Positions 1 to 8,496 of a stretch of DNA of 14,936 nt are shown piece by piece. Below the pieces are notes generated by a model. It was not told where the DNA came from. It ran no database searches and was given only the letters and a program-made list of their open reading frames with translations. A program made the translations under genes and the position numbers. Position 1 is the first letter of the stretch; each line of letters opens with the position of its first letter. Origin of the DNA: Candidatus Heimdallarchaeota archaeon (lineage in GTDB: Archaea; Asgardarchaeota; Heimdallarchaeia; Hodarchaeales; Hodarchaeaceae); NCBI GenBank assembly GCA_019057635.1, contig DXJL01000201.1, positions 1 to 14,936 on the forward strand, read 5' to 3'.

Positions 1-193
1 ACGGATAACACCTGTAGAAAAAGCGCTAATTGGACAACAAGTGTCACAATTAGATTTAGAAAAGCTTAAGTCACTTTTAAAGTCCTCAGTTGATATTGTA
101 AAAGATTATCGAGTAAGTAAAGAATATCGAAGTCAACTCTTGGGTGTGATATTTAAACGAATGTTACAAAAATTGCAGGAGAAGACACAATGA
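1..193 (+). CDS. FAD-binding (medium) subunit of a xanthine dehydrogenase-family enzyme, C-terminal fragment (5' end outside window)
   Basis: Not in the ORF track. Frame 2 (2..193) is open and reads RITPVEKALIGQQ...VDIVKDYRVSKEYRSQLLGVIFKRMLQKLQEKTQ*. The D-x-R-x-S-x-EYR motif is typical of the CoxM/XdhB C-terminal domain. Its TGA (191-193) overlaps the ATG of the 2Fe-2S gene (ATGA). Confidence 0.85.
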   Translation, partial: RITPVEKALIGQQVSQLDLEKLKSLLKSSVDIVKDYRVSKEYRSQLLGVIFKRMLQKLQEKTQ

Positions 194-663
194 GCCAAAT
201 CTTGCATGTTACTATTAACGGTACGAGTAAAGAGATAGCTATAGAGCCCGATGAAATATTACTAGATATTCTTAGACGTGAAGGGTATAAAGGAGTAAAG
301 AGAGGCTGTAAAGAGGGAACGTGTGGAACTTGTACGATACTTTTGAATGATAAAGCAGTCAAGTCTTGTATACTGCTTGCTGCTCAAACGGAAAATTGTT
401 CAATTATTACGATTGAGGGCATTGGAACGCGTGATAATCCACATCCAATTCAGCAAGCGTTTGTTGATGAAGGAGTAGTGCAGTGTGGGTTTTGCATTCC
501 AGGAATGATTCTATCTGCAAAGAATTTACTTGATAATAATCCTAGCCCTACTAAAGATGAAGTGAAAATGGCTTTAGATGGAAATTTATGTCGTTGTACA
601 GGCTATTCGGGCCAAATTAAAGCTGTATTAGCTGCTGCTGCTGTTATGCGAGGTGAAAAATAA
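190..663 (+). CDS. 2x[2Fe-2S] small subunit of a molybdenum hydroxylase (CoxS-type)
   Basis: Motifs GCKEGTCGTC...SC and QCGFCIPGM...GNLCRCTGY; 157 aa. AGGAG lies upstream (~178-182). The gene is coupled to both neighbours (ATGA and TAATG overlaps). Confidence 0.96.
   Translation: MSQILHVTINGTSKEIAIEPDEILLDILRREGYKGVKRGCKEGTCGTCTILLNDKAVKSCILLAAQTENCSIITIEGIGTRDNPHPIQQAFVDEGVVQCGFCIPGMILSAKNLLDNNPSPTKDEVKMALDGNLCRCTGYSGQIKAVLAAAAVMRGEK
650..656 (+). promoter_or_regulatory. Shine-Dalgarno site GAGGTGA for the Mo subunit at 663
   Basis: GAGGTGA ends 6 nt before ATG 663 and matches the GGAGGTGA consensus common in archaea. Confidence 0.7.
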
Positions 664-2999
664 TGACAGAACCAATTTACAAAGGTCGAGTGGTTACCAA
701 AAGTGTTCCCAAGAAGGATGCCTTGAGTCTCGCCATGGGCAAACCTATGTATACTGATGATAAGGACTTCCGAAACCTTGTTCATGTAAAAATGCTGTAT
801 AGTCCGCACGCTCATGCAATGATCGAAGAAATCGATACACATGAAGCAGAGAAACTACCAGGAGTATTAGGAGTTTTGACATATAAAAGTAGCTCCCAAG
901 TACTTCATACAAGTGCTGGACAAGGATTTCCTGAACCCAGTCCTTATGATACAAGGCTTTTCAATAAGAAAGTCAAATATGTCGGCGATAGAGTAGTTGC
1001 AGTTGCCGCGGAGACAGTAAAAATTGCAGAAGCAGCTTTAAAGTTAATTAAAGTTAAATATGAGATTCTGGAACCCATTTTTGACCATGATCAGGCTCTG
1101 GGGAATGATATCGTCATTCACGATGAAGAGGATTCAAAGTATATCATACCAGTTTTTTATGATCCCAAGAAAAATCATGCCTCACATATCGATGCTGAAG
1201 TAGGTGATCTCGATAAAGGGTTTGTGGAAGCGGACTTTATTATTGAGAAAACAGTCAGGAACCATTATGGACAGCATTGTCCTTTAGAACCCCATATTAG
1301 TATCGCGTATATTGATAATTATGATCGATTGGTAGTCCGAACTGCTACCCAAGTTCCATTTCATGCACGTAGAATTTTAGCTCAAATATTAGAGATTCCT
1401 CTAGCGCAAATTCGAGTAATTAAACCTAGAATTGGAGGAGGATTTGGTACAAAGCAAGAAATTATCACAGAACCAATTGTCGCTTCCTTCGCATGGAAAT
1501 TGAAACGTCCTGTAAAGTACGAATTTACTCGAAAAGAGGAATTTATCTCTGCACGGACGCGTCATCCCATGACAACGTGGTTTAAAGCAGGAGTTAAAAA
1601 AGATGGAACCATTACCGCTATGGATATGAAAGTAACCAGCAACACTGGCGCGTACGGATCCCATGCACTAACGGTTCTAAGTAATACTGGTAGCAAGACG
1701 TTACCCCTGTATCATTGCGAAAATCTACGATTTGTAGGGGATACTGTTTATACAAATTTACCTGTTGGAGGAGCCTACCGAGGATACGGTGGTACACAAG
1801 CAGCACTAGCTATGGAAATTGTCATGGATGATTTAGCTCGCAAAATTGGAATGGATCCAGCTGAATTTCGATTAATGAATCATATCAAACCTGGAGAAAC
1901 ATCTCCAATCTTCAAAGCGCTAGGTGAAGGAACAGAAGGTGTAGAACAAACCATGGATTCGGTTGGTCTGACGGAATGTATCAACCAAGGGGCAGAAGCA
2001 ATCAATTGGTGGAATCGCGAAGAAATTAAGAAGGAAAACAGTACAGATACAGTTAAACGCGGTTTTGGGCTCGTATGTGTAATGCAAGGTTCATCCATAC
2101 CTTATATTGATATGGCTGCAGGTTATTGTAAGATGAATGAGGATGGCACATTTAATTTACTTGTTGGAGCAACTGATATCGGGACTGGATCAGATACAAT
2201 TCTTGCTCAGATTTTTGCTGAAGGATTAAGCATAGATGCATCGGATGTCATTGTTCTTAGCTCAGACACCGATACAACACCATTCGATAAGGGGGCGTAT
2301 GCAAGTTCAACAACTTATCTCACTGGACAGGCATGTGTTAATTTAGCAATGAAAATTAAGGAGCAATTATTTGAGTATACTGCTACAGTATTGAACGTCC
2401 CCAAAGATGAACTAAAAATCGAAGCGAAAGCGGTTATCCATCAGAAGTCAGGCAAACAGATGACTTTCGCAGAAATTGGTACTAAGTCCTTTTATTCAGA
2501 TCACCAAACTCAGATAGGAGCTGTCGCTTCAGAGTTATCTAAAAAATCTCCTCCACCGTTCACTGCCCATTATGCAGAAGTAGATGTAGATATTGAGACA
2601 GGTCGAGTGACAATACTAAAATATGTCGCTGCGGTCGATTGTGGAACTCCTATCAATCCTAAATTAGTCGTAGGACAGGTTGAAGGGGCATTAGTTAACG
2701 GTTTATGCTATGCTTTGTCAGAACAGTACATCTTCAATGATAAGGGGAAAATGATGAACCCATCATTCGGTAATTATAAAATCATGACAAGCATTGATCT
2801 TCCAGAGATAGAAACAATTATAGTACCCACATTTGAACCCAGTGGTCCTTGGGGGGCTAAATCTATTGCCGAAGTGAATATCTCCGGCCCAATGCCAGTT
2901 TTAAGTAACGCTATCTTCGATGCAACAGGTGTTCGTATGACTGAACCTCCCTATACACCCGATCGGGTATTAAAAGCCATCCAAAATCACAAAAAATGA
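663..2999 (+). CDS. Molybdopterin-binding large subunit, xanthine oxidase family, XdhD/YgfN-like subfamily (Fe-S domain encoded separately)
   Basis: Family motifs HCPLEPH, TATQVP, GGGFGTKQ, AYRGYGGTQ, DIGTGS, GQVEG and GAKSIAE (catalytic Glu at 2871-2873). Subfamily-like motifs AGQGFPEPSPYD (915-950) and FDKGAYASS resemble E. coli XdhD as I recall it. Confidence 0.92.
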   Translation: MTEPIYKGRVVTKSVPKKDALSLAMGKPMYTDDKDFRNLVHVKMLYSPHAHAMIEEIDTHEAEKLPGVLGVLTYKSSSQVLHTSAGQGFPEPSPYDTRLFNKKVKYVGDRVVAVAAETVKIAEAALKLIKVKYEILEPIFDHDQALGNDIVIHDEEDSKYIIPVFYDPKKNHASHIDAEVGDLDKGFVEADFIIEKTVRNHYGQHCPLEPHISIAYIDNYDRLVVRTATQVPFHARRILAQILEIPLAQIRVIKPRIGGGFGTKQEIITEPIVASFAWKLKRPVKYEFTRKEEFISARTRHPMTTWFKAGVKKDGTITAMDMKVTSNTGAYGSHALTVLSNTGSKTLPLYHCENLRFVGDTVYTNLPVGGAYRGYGGTQAALAMEIVMDDLARKIGMDPAEFRLMNHIKPGETSPIFKALGEGTEGVEQTMDSVGLTECINQGAEAINWWNREEIKKENSTDTVKRGFGLVCVMQGSSIPYIDMAAGYCKMNEDGTFNLLVGATDIGTGSDTILAQIFAEGLSIDASDVIVLSSDTDTTPFDKGAYASSTTYLTGQACVNLAMKIKEQLFEYTATVLNVPKDELKIEAKAVIHQKSGKQMTFAEIGTKSFYSDHQTQIGAVASELSKKSPPPFTAHYAEVDVDIETGRVTILKYVAAVDCGTPINPKLVVGQVEGALVNGLCYALSEQYIFNDKGKMMNPSFGNYKIMTSIDLPEIETIIVPTFEPSGPWGAKSIAEVNISGPMPVLSNAIFDATGVRMTEPPYTPDRVLKAIQNHKK

Positions 3000-3073
3000 A
3001 GTATATTTAAGTACAAAGCTTTTTGGCCAATTTATCCTAGCTAATGTCTAATTAAAGATATTATGGTTTCATT

Positions 3074-3095
3074 GTAAAAGATAATTCTTTTATGT
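3074..3095 (+). promoter_or_regulatory. Candidate archaeal BRE/TATA promoter for the histidine kinase
   Basis: Purine-rich GTAAAAG (3074-3080) is followed by TTTTATGT (3088-3095), centred ~27 nt before the in-frame ATG at 3119. This fits a leaderless or short-leader start at 3119 rather than 3092. Confidence 0.35.
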
Positions 3096-4945
3096 GCGAG
3101 CTACATAGAGTGATTGAGATGTGGTTCGAGTTCTCAGTCTATGGATTAATGATGGCTGCAACATCCGTTCTAGCTATCTTTCTTTTCGCTTACCCCATCC
3201 TGTCCCGTCCAAAGACTAGATTAAGGACGTATTTTTTACTCTTAGTCCTTTCAGCGTTTTTCTGGTCTTTTGGGTACTTTCTGGAAATTTCCAGTGTTGA
3301 ATTAGAATTAATGAAATTCTTTAATCTTGTCCAATATATAGGCATTGTGACCTTACCAGTCTTTTTCTTTTTTCTCATCCTCTATTTTACTAGAGAGTAT
3401 GGATTTATTGAACAACCATTACTTCTTCTCTTATTTTTCCCTTCCATTATTCACTATTTCTTAGTATTAACTGATGATTTCACGCATTTGTTTTACGAGT
3501 CTATCACACTTAATACCAGCGAACCATTCATCCGGATGGAATTAGTCTATGGAACTGCATTTTACAGTAATATGATTTACTCTTACCTTTTAGTTTTTGG
3601 AGCATTTTATCTCCTTTTTCGCAAATTTCAAGAAACAACACCTAATGAAACGATTATTAGGAGTCAAATTGTCGTTTTTACCTTCGGAGCTACCTTTCCA
3701 ATTCTAGGAAATATCATCCGAGTAACGAAAATTATACCACCCCTTGACTTCTTAGATTTAACACCAGTAGCTTTCATGATTGCATTTGTTCTTTTTACTT
3801 ATGCTATATTCGAGGTAGGGTTTCTAGATCTTGTACCAATCGCCCGAAATCATGTATTCAGAGATATCCATGATATGTTGATAGTTTTGGATTCTCATTT
3901 AAATATCATTGATTTTAATCGTTCAGCTCATCGAATTATCTTTGCTAATAGACCTGAAAGTAATATTCGGAATAAAAATTTCAAATCAATTATCTACGAA
4001 CAGACGAAACGCAATGTTCATATCTCAAACTCGAACCATTTATATCAGGGTATATCGACTCTCATTAAAGGAAAAACTGGTTTATATACTCAGGATACCG
4101 AAATTGTATTTTCAGGAAAACAGGTTGAAAGAGACTATTATAATATTACTGCAACTCCTCTTTATCAAGCAAATAGAATTGTTGGCGCTATTATCTTAAT
4201 ACGAGACATCTCTGCTCAACGAGAAGCTGATGTAGTGTTACAACAAAAGACTCAAATGCAAGAAGTCATTCTACAATTATTATCCCACGATTTACGAAAT
4301 CACTTGAACGTGTTGAAAGGATATTCGGAACTAGCTGTCTCCTCAGATTCGCTTGAGGATACTAAAGAAAGTCTTGAAGCTATTGAGGTAAAAAGCTCTG
4401 CGATATTAGATACCATTAATGAAGTCACTAATTACTTGAAAATTGATAAATTACTAGCTGGGCAACGTAAGCAGCTGAATCTAAATCAAGTAGTTGTAGA
4501 TGCAATTGAAGTAATGGGGCCTGAATGTGCTTTCAAAAAAGTAACGATTGACTTTGGTCATAGTTCGCAGCCTGCATATGTATGGGGAGATGCTGTTGTC
4601 TTAAAGTCTGTAACCTTAAATTTGCTCCAAAATGCCATTAAGTTTTCTCCTCCGAATTCCACAATAAATGTACAAATCAAGGATCTACAAGAATCAGCTC
4701 AATGGCAGGTCAGCATCGCTGACAACGGTCCAGGAATAAATAAGGGTCTACAAGAAGAGATTTTCAAGCCCTTTGTGTCTTTCGGAACTGAAAAAGGGAC
4801 AGGTCTGGGACTGACTATTGCAAAGACAGTAATTGAGAGTTTGGCTGGAGAAATTTGGGTCAGGGATAATGACCCACAAGGAGCTATCTTTTATTTTGTT
4901 CTCCCTAAAATAACCGAGGATTCAGAAGAATTATTAGGAAAATGA
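3092..4945 (+). CDS. Membrane sensor histidine kinase: N-terminal 7TM region (HisKA_7TM-like), PAS-like domain, HisKA, HATPase_c (start may be ATG 3119)
   Basis: About 7 hydrophobic segments in the first ~245 aa. PAS-like DMLIVLDSHLNIIDFNRSA...LIRDIS. H-box SHDLRNHL (His at 4286-4288), N-box NLLQNAIKFS, G1 DNGPGI, F-box IFKPF, G2 GTGLGL. Confidence 0.94.
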   Translation: MCELHRVIEMWFEFSVYGLMMAATSVLAIFLFAYPILSRPKTRLRTYFLLLVLSAFFWSFGYFLEISSVELELMKFFNLVQYIGIVTLPVFFFFLILYFTREYGFIEQPLLLLLFFPSIIHYFLVLTDDFTHLFYESITLNTSEPFIRMELVYGTAFYSNMIYSYLLVFGAFYLLFRKFQETTPNETIIRSQIVVFTFGATFPILGNIIRVTKIIPPLDFLDLTPVAFMIAFVLFTYAIFEVGFLDLVPIARNHVFRDIHDMLIVLDSHLNIIDFNRSAHRIIFANRPESNIRNKNFKSIIYEQTKRNVHISNSNHLYQGISTLIKGKTGLYTQDTEIVFSGKQVERDYYNITATPLYQANRIVGAIILIRDISAQREADVVLQQKTQMQEVILQLLSHDLRNHLNVLKGYSELAVSSDSLEDTKESLEAIEVKSSAILDTINEVTNYLKIDKLLAGQRKQLNLNQVVVDAIEVMGPECAFKKVTIDFGHSSQPAYVWGDAVVLKSVTLNLLQNAIKFSPPNSTINVQIKDLQESAQWQVSIADNGPGINKGLQEEIFKPFVSFGTEKGTGLGLTIAKTVIESLAGEIWVRDNDPQGAIFYFVLPKITEDSEELLGK

Positions 4946-4950
4946 TCCAG

Positions 4951-6729
4951 TTATCGTTGTAAGATTGCTTTTCCTGTCTGTACGTTCCAGAGAGTTGTGT
5001 ATAGTTTATTCGATTTAACCAGTTCCTCATGGGTCCCCTCTTCGATGATTTGCCCATGTTCAATAACATAAATTCGATCGGCATTTCGGACGGTACTGAG
5101 TCGATGTGCAATCAAGATAGTTGTTCTATCAAGAATTATCTTCTCTAATGATCTTTGAATAGCGGCTTCCGTCTCATTATCGACTGAGGAAGTTGCTTCA
5201 TCAAGTACTAGAATAGGTGGGTCCTTAAGTATAGCACGGGCGATAGAGATTCTTTGTCTTTGTCCTCCACTTAGTTTTTGACCTCTTTCACCAACAAGAG
5301 TATCATATCCATGCGGAAGATTTGTAATAAACTCATGAACTTCGGCAATCTTTGCTGCTTCTACTATCCTTTCCATAGAAGCATCCTGCCTTCCATAAAT
5401 AATGTTTTCTCTTACAGTACCATCGATCAGATATGTATCCTGTGAAACCAGACCTATTGCTTTTCGTAAATCCTGAAGCTTTAAATCTCTCAGATCATTA
5501 TCATCAAGAGTGATTTTTCCATTGGTAGGATCATATAATCGGAGCAATAGCTTGACTATTGTAGTTTTCCCTGATCCTGTACTTCCCACAAATGCCACAG
5601 TTTGGCCAGGATTAATATTCACACTTAAATTTGAAAAAACAACCTCACGGCCCTTGTACGAAAAGTTTACATTCTCGAAGCATAATTTCCCTTGAATTTT
5701 GTCCAAAGGTAGATCAGTAGAACCAGATTGAATTTTAGTCTCTGTTTCGAAAAGACCCATGATTCTAGTAACAGAAGCCATGGCGCGTTGATATTGGTCA
5801 AAAGTTTCACCCATTCTAGTCAAAGGCCATAAAAGACGTTGAGTTAAGAAAATCATAGCACTATATGCGGCTACCTCCAGAGTACCATCAATAGTCTGAA
5901 AACCTCCGAAAATAAGCATAGCTGTAAATCCTATGACAATAATCATCCGTATAAGTGGAGAAAATGCTGAACTAAACTTAATCGCATCTTCATTACTCAT
6001 ACGATATGCATTCGAGGATTTAGATATTCGATTGGCTTCAAAAGATTCGGTAGTGTAACTCTTAATTGTAGCAATCCCTGTTAAATTATTTGAGAGCATT
6101 CCGTTCAATATTCCAACTTTTTCTCTAACCTGCCTGTATTTGGGTTCAAGACGGGCTTGGAAAAGAACAGCAAACGTGAGAATAAAAGGCATGGGGATCA
6201 TAGCCATCCAGGCAATTTGAGGAGAGAGCAGAAAAAATGCGAGAGATATCGTTATCGCCGTGACTGTTACCTGAATCAAATCATTGGCACTTACGTCCAA
6301 AAATCTTTCTAATTGGTTAATATCATCGTTCAAAATAGACATTAACCCACCAGTTTGACGATCCTCAAAATATTCCAATTCAAGATCTTGGAGATGTTTA
6401 TAGGCATCCATCCTCAGTTCATGTTCAACTGTTTGAGCTAAATTTCTCCAATAAATCTTGTATATATATTCGAAAAGCGATTCAAAACCCCAAATAATGA
6501 ATGTCAACAATCCAAGGACTATAAATTGAACCGAAGGCTCAGTTATGCCAAAAAGAGCGAAGATAGAATTTTCTCTTCTTACCGCAATGTCAACTGCTGC
6601 TGATATCAAAAAAGGCGGAGCTAAATCAAATAATTTGTTAAGAATTGAAAAATTTGTTGCTAAAATTACCGTTGTGCGATGTGAGCGCATATATTGGAGT
6701 AATTGAAAGAAGGGACGCTTAGTATTCAT
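4951..6729 (-). CDS. ABC exporter half-transporter (TMD + NBD fusion, MsbA/MdlB/ABCB-like)
   Basis: N-terminal 6-TM domain, Walker A GSTGSGKTT, Q-loop VSQD, signature LSGGQRQR, Walker B/D-loop ILVLDEATSSVD, H-switch IAHRL; 592 aa. Confidence 0.96.
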   Translation of the reverse strand: MNTKRPFFQLLQYMRSHRTTVILATNFSILNKLFDLAPPFLISAAVDIAVRRENSIFALFGITEPSVQFIVLGLLTFIIWGFESLFEYIYKIYWRNLAQTVEHELRMDAYKHLQDLELEYFEDRQTGGLMSILNDDINQLERFLDVSANDLIQVTVTAITISLAFFLLSPQIAWMAMIPMPFILTFAVLFQARLEPKYRQVREKVGILNGMLSNNLTGIATIKSYTTESFEANRISKSSNAYRMSNEDAIKFSSAFSPLIRMIIVIGFTAMLIFGGFQTIDGTLEVAAYSAMIFLTQRLLWPLTRMGETFDQYQRAMASVTRIMGLFETETKIQSGSTDLPLDKIQGKLCFENVNFSYKGREVVFSNLSVNINPGQTVAFVGSTGSGKTTIVKLLLRLYDPTNGKITLDDNDLRDLKLQDLRKAIGLVSQDTYLIDGTVRENIIYGRQDASMERIVEAAKIAEVHEFITNLPHGYDTLVGERGQKLSGGQRQRISIARAILKDPPILVLDEATSSVDNETEAAIQRSLEKIILDRTTILIAHRLSTVRNADRIYVIEHGQIIEEGTHEELVKSNKLYTTLWNVQTGKAILQR

Positions 6730-6763
6730 GAGAAAAGCATAATTTGTATTTCTTTATCTATTT

Positions 6764-6771
6764 TTTATAAA
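6764..6771 (-). promoter_or_regulatory. Candidate TATA box (TTTATAAA) for the ABC exporter
   Basis: Consensus archaeal TATA ~35 nt upstream of ATG 6729 within a 45-bp gap. There is no SD before the ATG. Confidence 0.35.
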
Positions 6772-6774
6772 TAA

Positions 6775-8268
6775 TTAAATGACTTCTAGAATGAATGCAA
6801 GGAATGAAAGGTAAATTCCACCCATTATTAGTAAGATAACTGAGATGGGGACGAAACAAATAATGAAAAACTTGAAATTTAATGGCCGTCCTCTCTTAGC
6901 GAGTGAAGACACAGCCAAGATTCCCGCAGCTGACCCAAAAGGTGTCCATCCACCTCCCAGCGCCCCAGAAAAGATTAGAATGAACCACAAGTAAAGTGGA
7001 TGGGATTCAATATGAATTAAATTCATGTCCTTAACAACAGGAAGAAGTGCAGCCGTGACAGGAATATTATCTAGAACACCACTAAAAATTGCAGTAATAA
7101 TAAGGATCAAAACTCCTGAGAGGAGTAAATCCTCCCCACTAATTGCTTTAAGCCATGTAGCAAGCTCAATTAAGATGTTTGTCTCCTCTAAAATCCCGAC
7201 AAGAATGAAAAGTCCACCAAAAAAGAGTAATGGCCCCCAATTCAGTCGTGATAGCAAAGTATTTTCATCGGTTCCTGTTAACACCATTGTTAATATTCCA
7301 CCAATAATTGCTACGACCCCAATAGGTATTGTCAAGAACTGAGCAAAGGCAAATCCGATGATCGTTACACCCATTGACAACGCAGCTAAATAAAATTGCT
7401 TCTTACTTTCTATTACCCCCCATGGGTCCAATGATATAATCATCTCTGTGTCGATACCATCAGATTTTTCCCTAAGGGGAATTTTCTCCGGTGGAAAGAA
7501 TTTACGTAAATAAATAATACAGATCGGAATCGATATGATAACAAAAGGTAAAGAAACTAAAAGAAACTCAATAAAACCTATTCCCGCTGTTGTACCTACT
7601 AGGATTGCAGGCAACGAAGAAATTAATGTTGCCATACCAGCAAGGTCTGTGGCAAGGACAGCTGCAAGCAAAAAGGGGATTGGATCATAATCAAGGGCTT
7701 GACATGCGGTAAAAATCATAGAACTAATGAGAATCATGGCAGTCACATTAGCCAGCACAGTAGACAATGTGAGAGTGAGTAAAAAAGTCATAATAAAAAG
7801 GGGAAAAACTTCCCCTTTCGAAACCTGCATCATTCGAATTATTAACCAATCGAAGAGTCCTGTTTCTGCGGTTGCCTCTACCAAGATTGACATTCCAAAA
7901 ACAACCGCAAGTACCTCCCATTCCATGTAATGGTCAACTACGTGACCCCACTGGAAACTTTCCAGTAAAAACCCAGCCAAAAGAAGTGAAATGGAACAAG
8001 CAATCAGAATAATCGTAATCTGTAAATGATGGAATCTAGCAACTAAAAGGAAAGTTATAATGAAAATAAGCGAGAATAATAATATATTTCCTATTCGAGA
8101 GTTGAAAGAGTAAAGGATCAAGAAAAAGGAGAAAAATCCCAATAGGATGATAATCAGAAAAATCTCAAATACTCGGTGACTTCTCAACCATTGACGATTT
8201 ATCCTCTGCGTAAAAAATGATCGTTTTCTCTCGTCTCCAGAAGAGGTATCGCTTAAATTCTTAGTCAT
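6775..8268 (-). CDS. Ion-transporter (IT) superfamily permease, ArsB/NhaD/P-protein (OCA2-like) type
   Basis: Highly hydrophobic 497 aa. Family motifs FGMSILV...TGLFDWL, LANVTAMIL, WGPLLFFGGLFILVGILE and SGVLDNIPVTAALLPV, plus the two-repeat architecture. Confidence 0.88.
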   Translation of the reverse strand: MTKNLSDTSSGDERKRSFFTQRINRQWLRSHRVFEIFLIIILLGFFSFFLILYSFNSRIGNILLFSLIFIITFLLVARFHHLQITIILIACSISLLLAGFLLESFQWGHVVDHYMEWEVLAVVFGMSILVEATAETGLFDWLIIRMMQVSKGEVFPLFIMTFLLTLTLSTVLANVTAMILISSMIFTACQALDYDPIPFLLAAVLATDLAGMATLISSLPAILVGTTAGIGFIEFLLVSLPFVIISIPICIIYLRKFFPPEKIPLREKSDGIDTEMIISLDPWGVIESKKQFYLAALSMGVTIIGFAFAQFLTIPIGVVAIIGGILTMVLTGTDENTLLSRLNWGPLLFFGGLFILVGILEETNILIELATWLKAISGEDLLLSGVLILIITAIFSGVLDNIPVTAALLPVVKDMNLIHIESHPLYLWFILIFSGALGGGWTPFGSAAGILAVSSLAKRGRPLNFKFFIICFVPISVILLIMGGIYLSFLAFILEVI

Positions 8269-8446
8269 TTTCCTAATCGACAGCCAATTTTCAAACGAAG
8301 AATTCTCCCAATATCTAAAGTATTTTACTTCCCTATTAACTGCAGAGAAAGCTTTTTTTCCATTTTTTCAATGAAATTTTGCTTTGATATCTATTCTATG
8401 TGTTCACAGATATTTCTTCAAGAATTTTTTGGCATAATGGAATGAC

Positions 8447-8487
8447 TTTGGATTGATGGTTCCAAAAAAAGTGATATTGGTAAAAAA
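8447..8487 (-). terminator. Candidate terminator of operon 2
   Basis: On the - strand, T6 (8482-8487) and T7 (8464-8470) tracts follow the TGA at 8497. There is also a 6-bp hairpin TTTGGA(8447-8452)/TCCAAA(8461-8466). Confidence 0.45.
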
Positions 8488-8496
8488 TATGGAATG

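Noticed and set aside
631-643. (GCT)4 microsatellite
   Set aside because: It simply encodes AAAA in the C-terminal helix of the Fe-S subunit. It is in-frame and too short to imply phase variation.
8269-8496. Possible ncRNA or riboswitch (purine or Moco) in the 228-bp gap upstream of the permease
   Set aside because: The region is very AT-rich with only a 6-bp hairpin and a short ATGGAATG repeat. I could not recognise a purine or Moco riboswitch core. A covariance-model search would be decisive.
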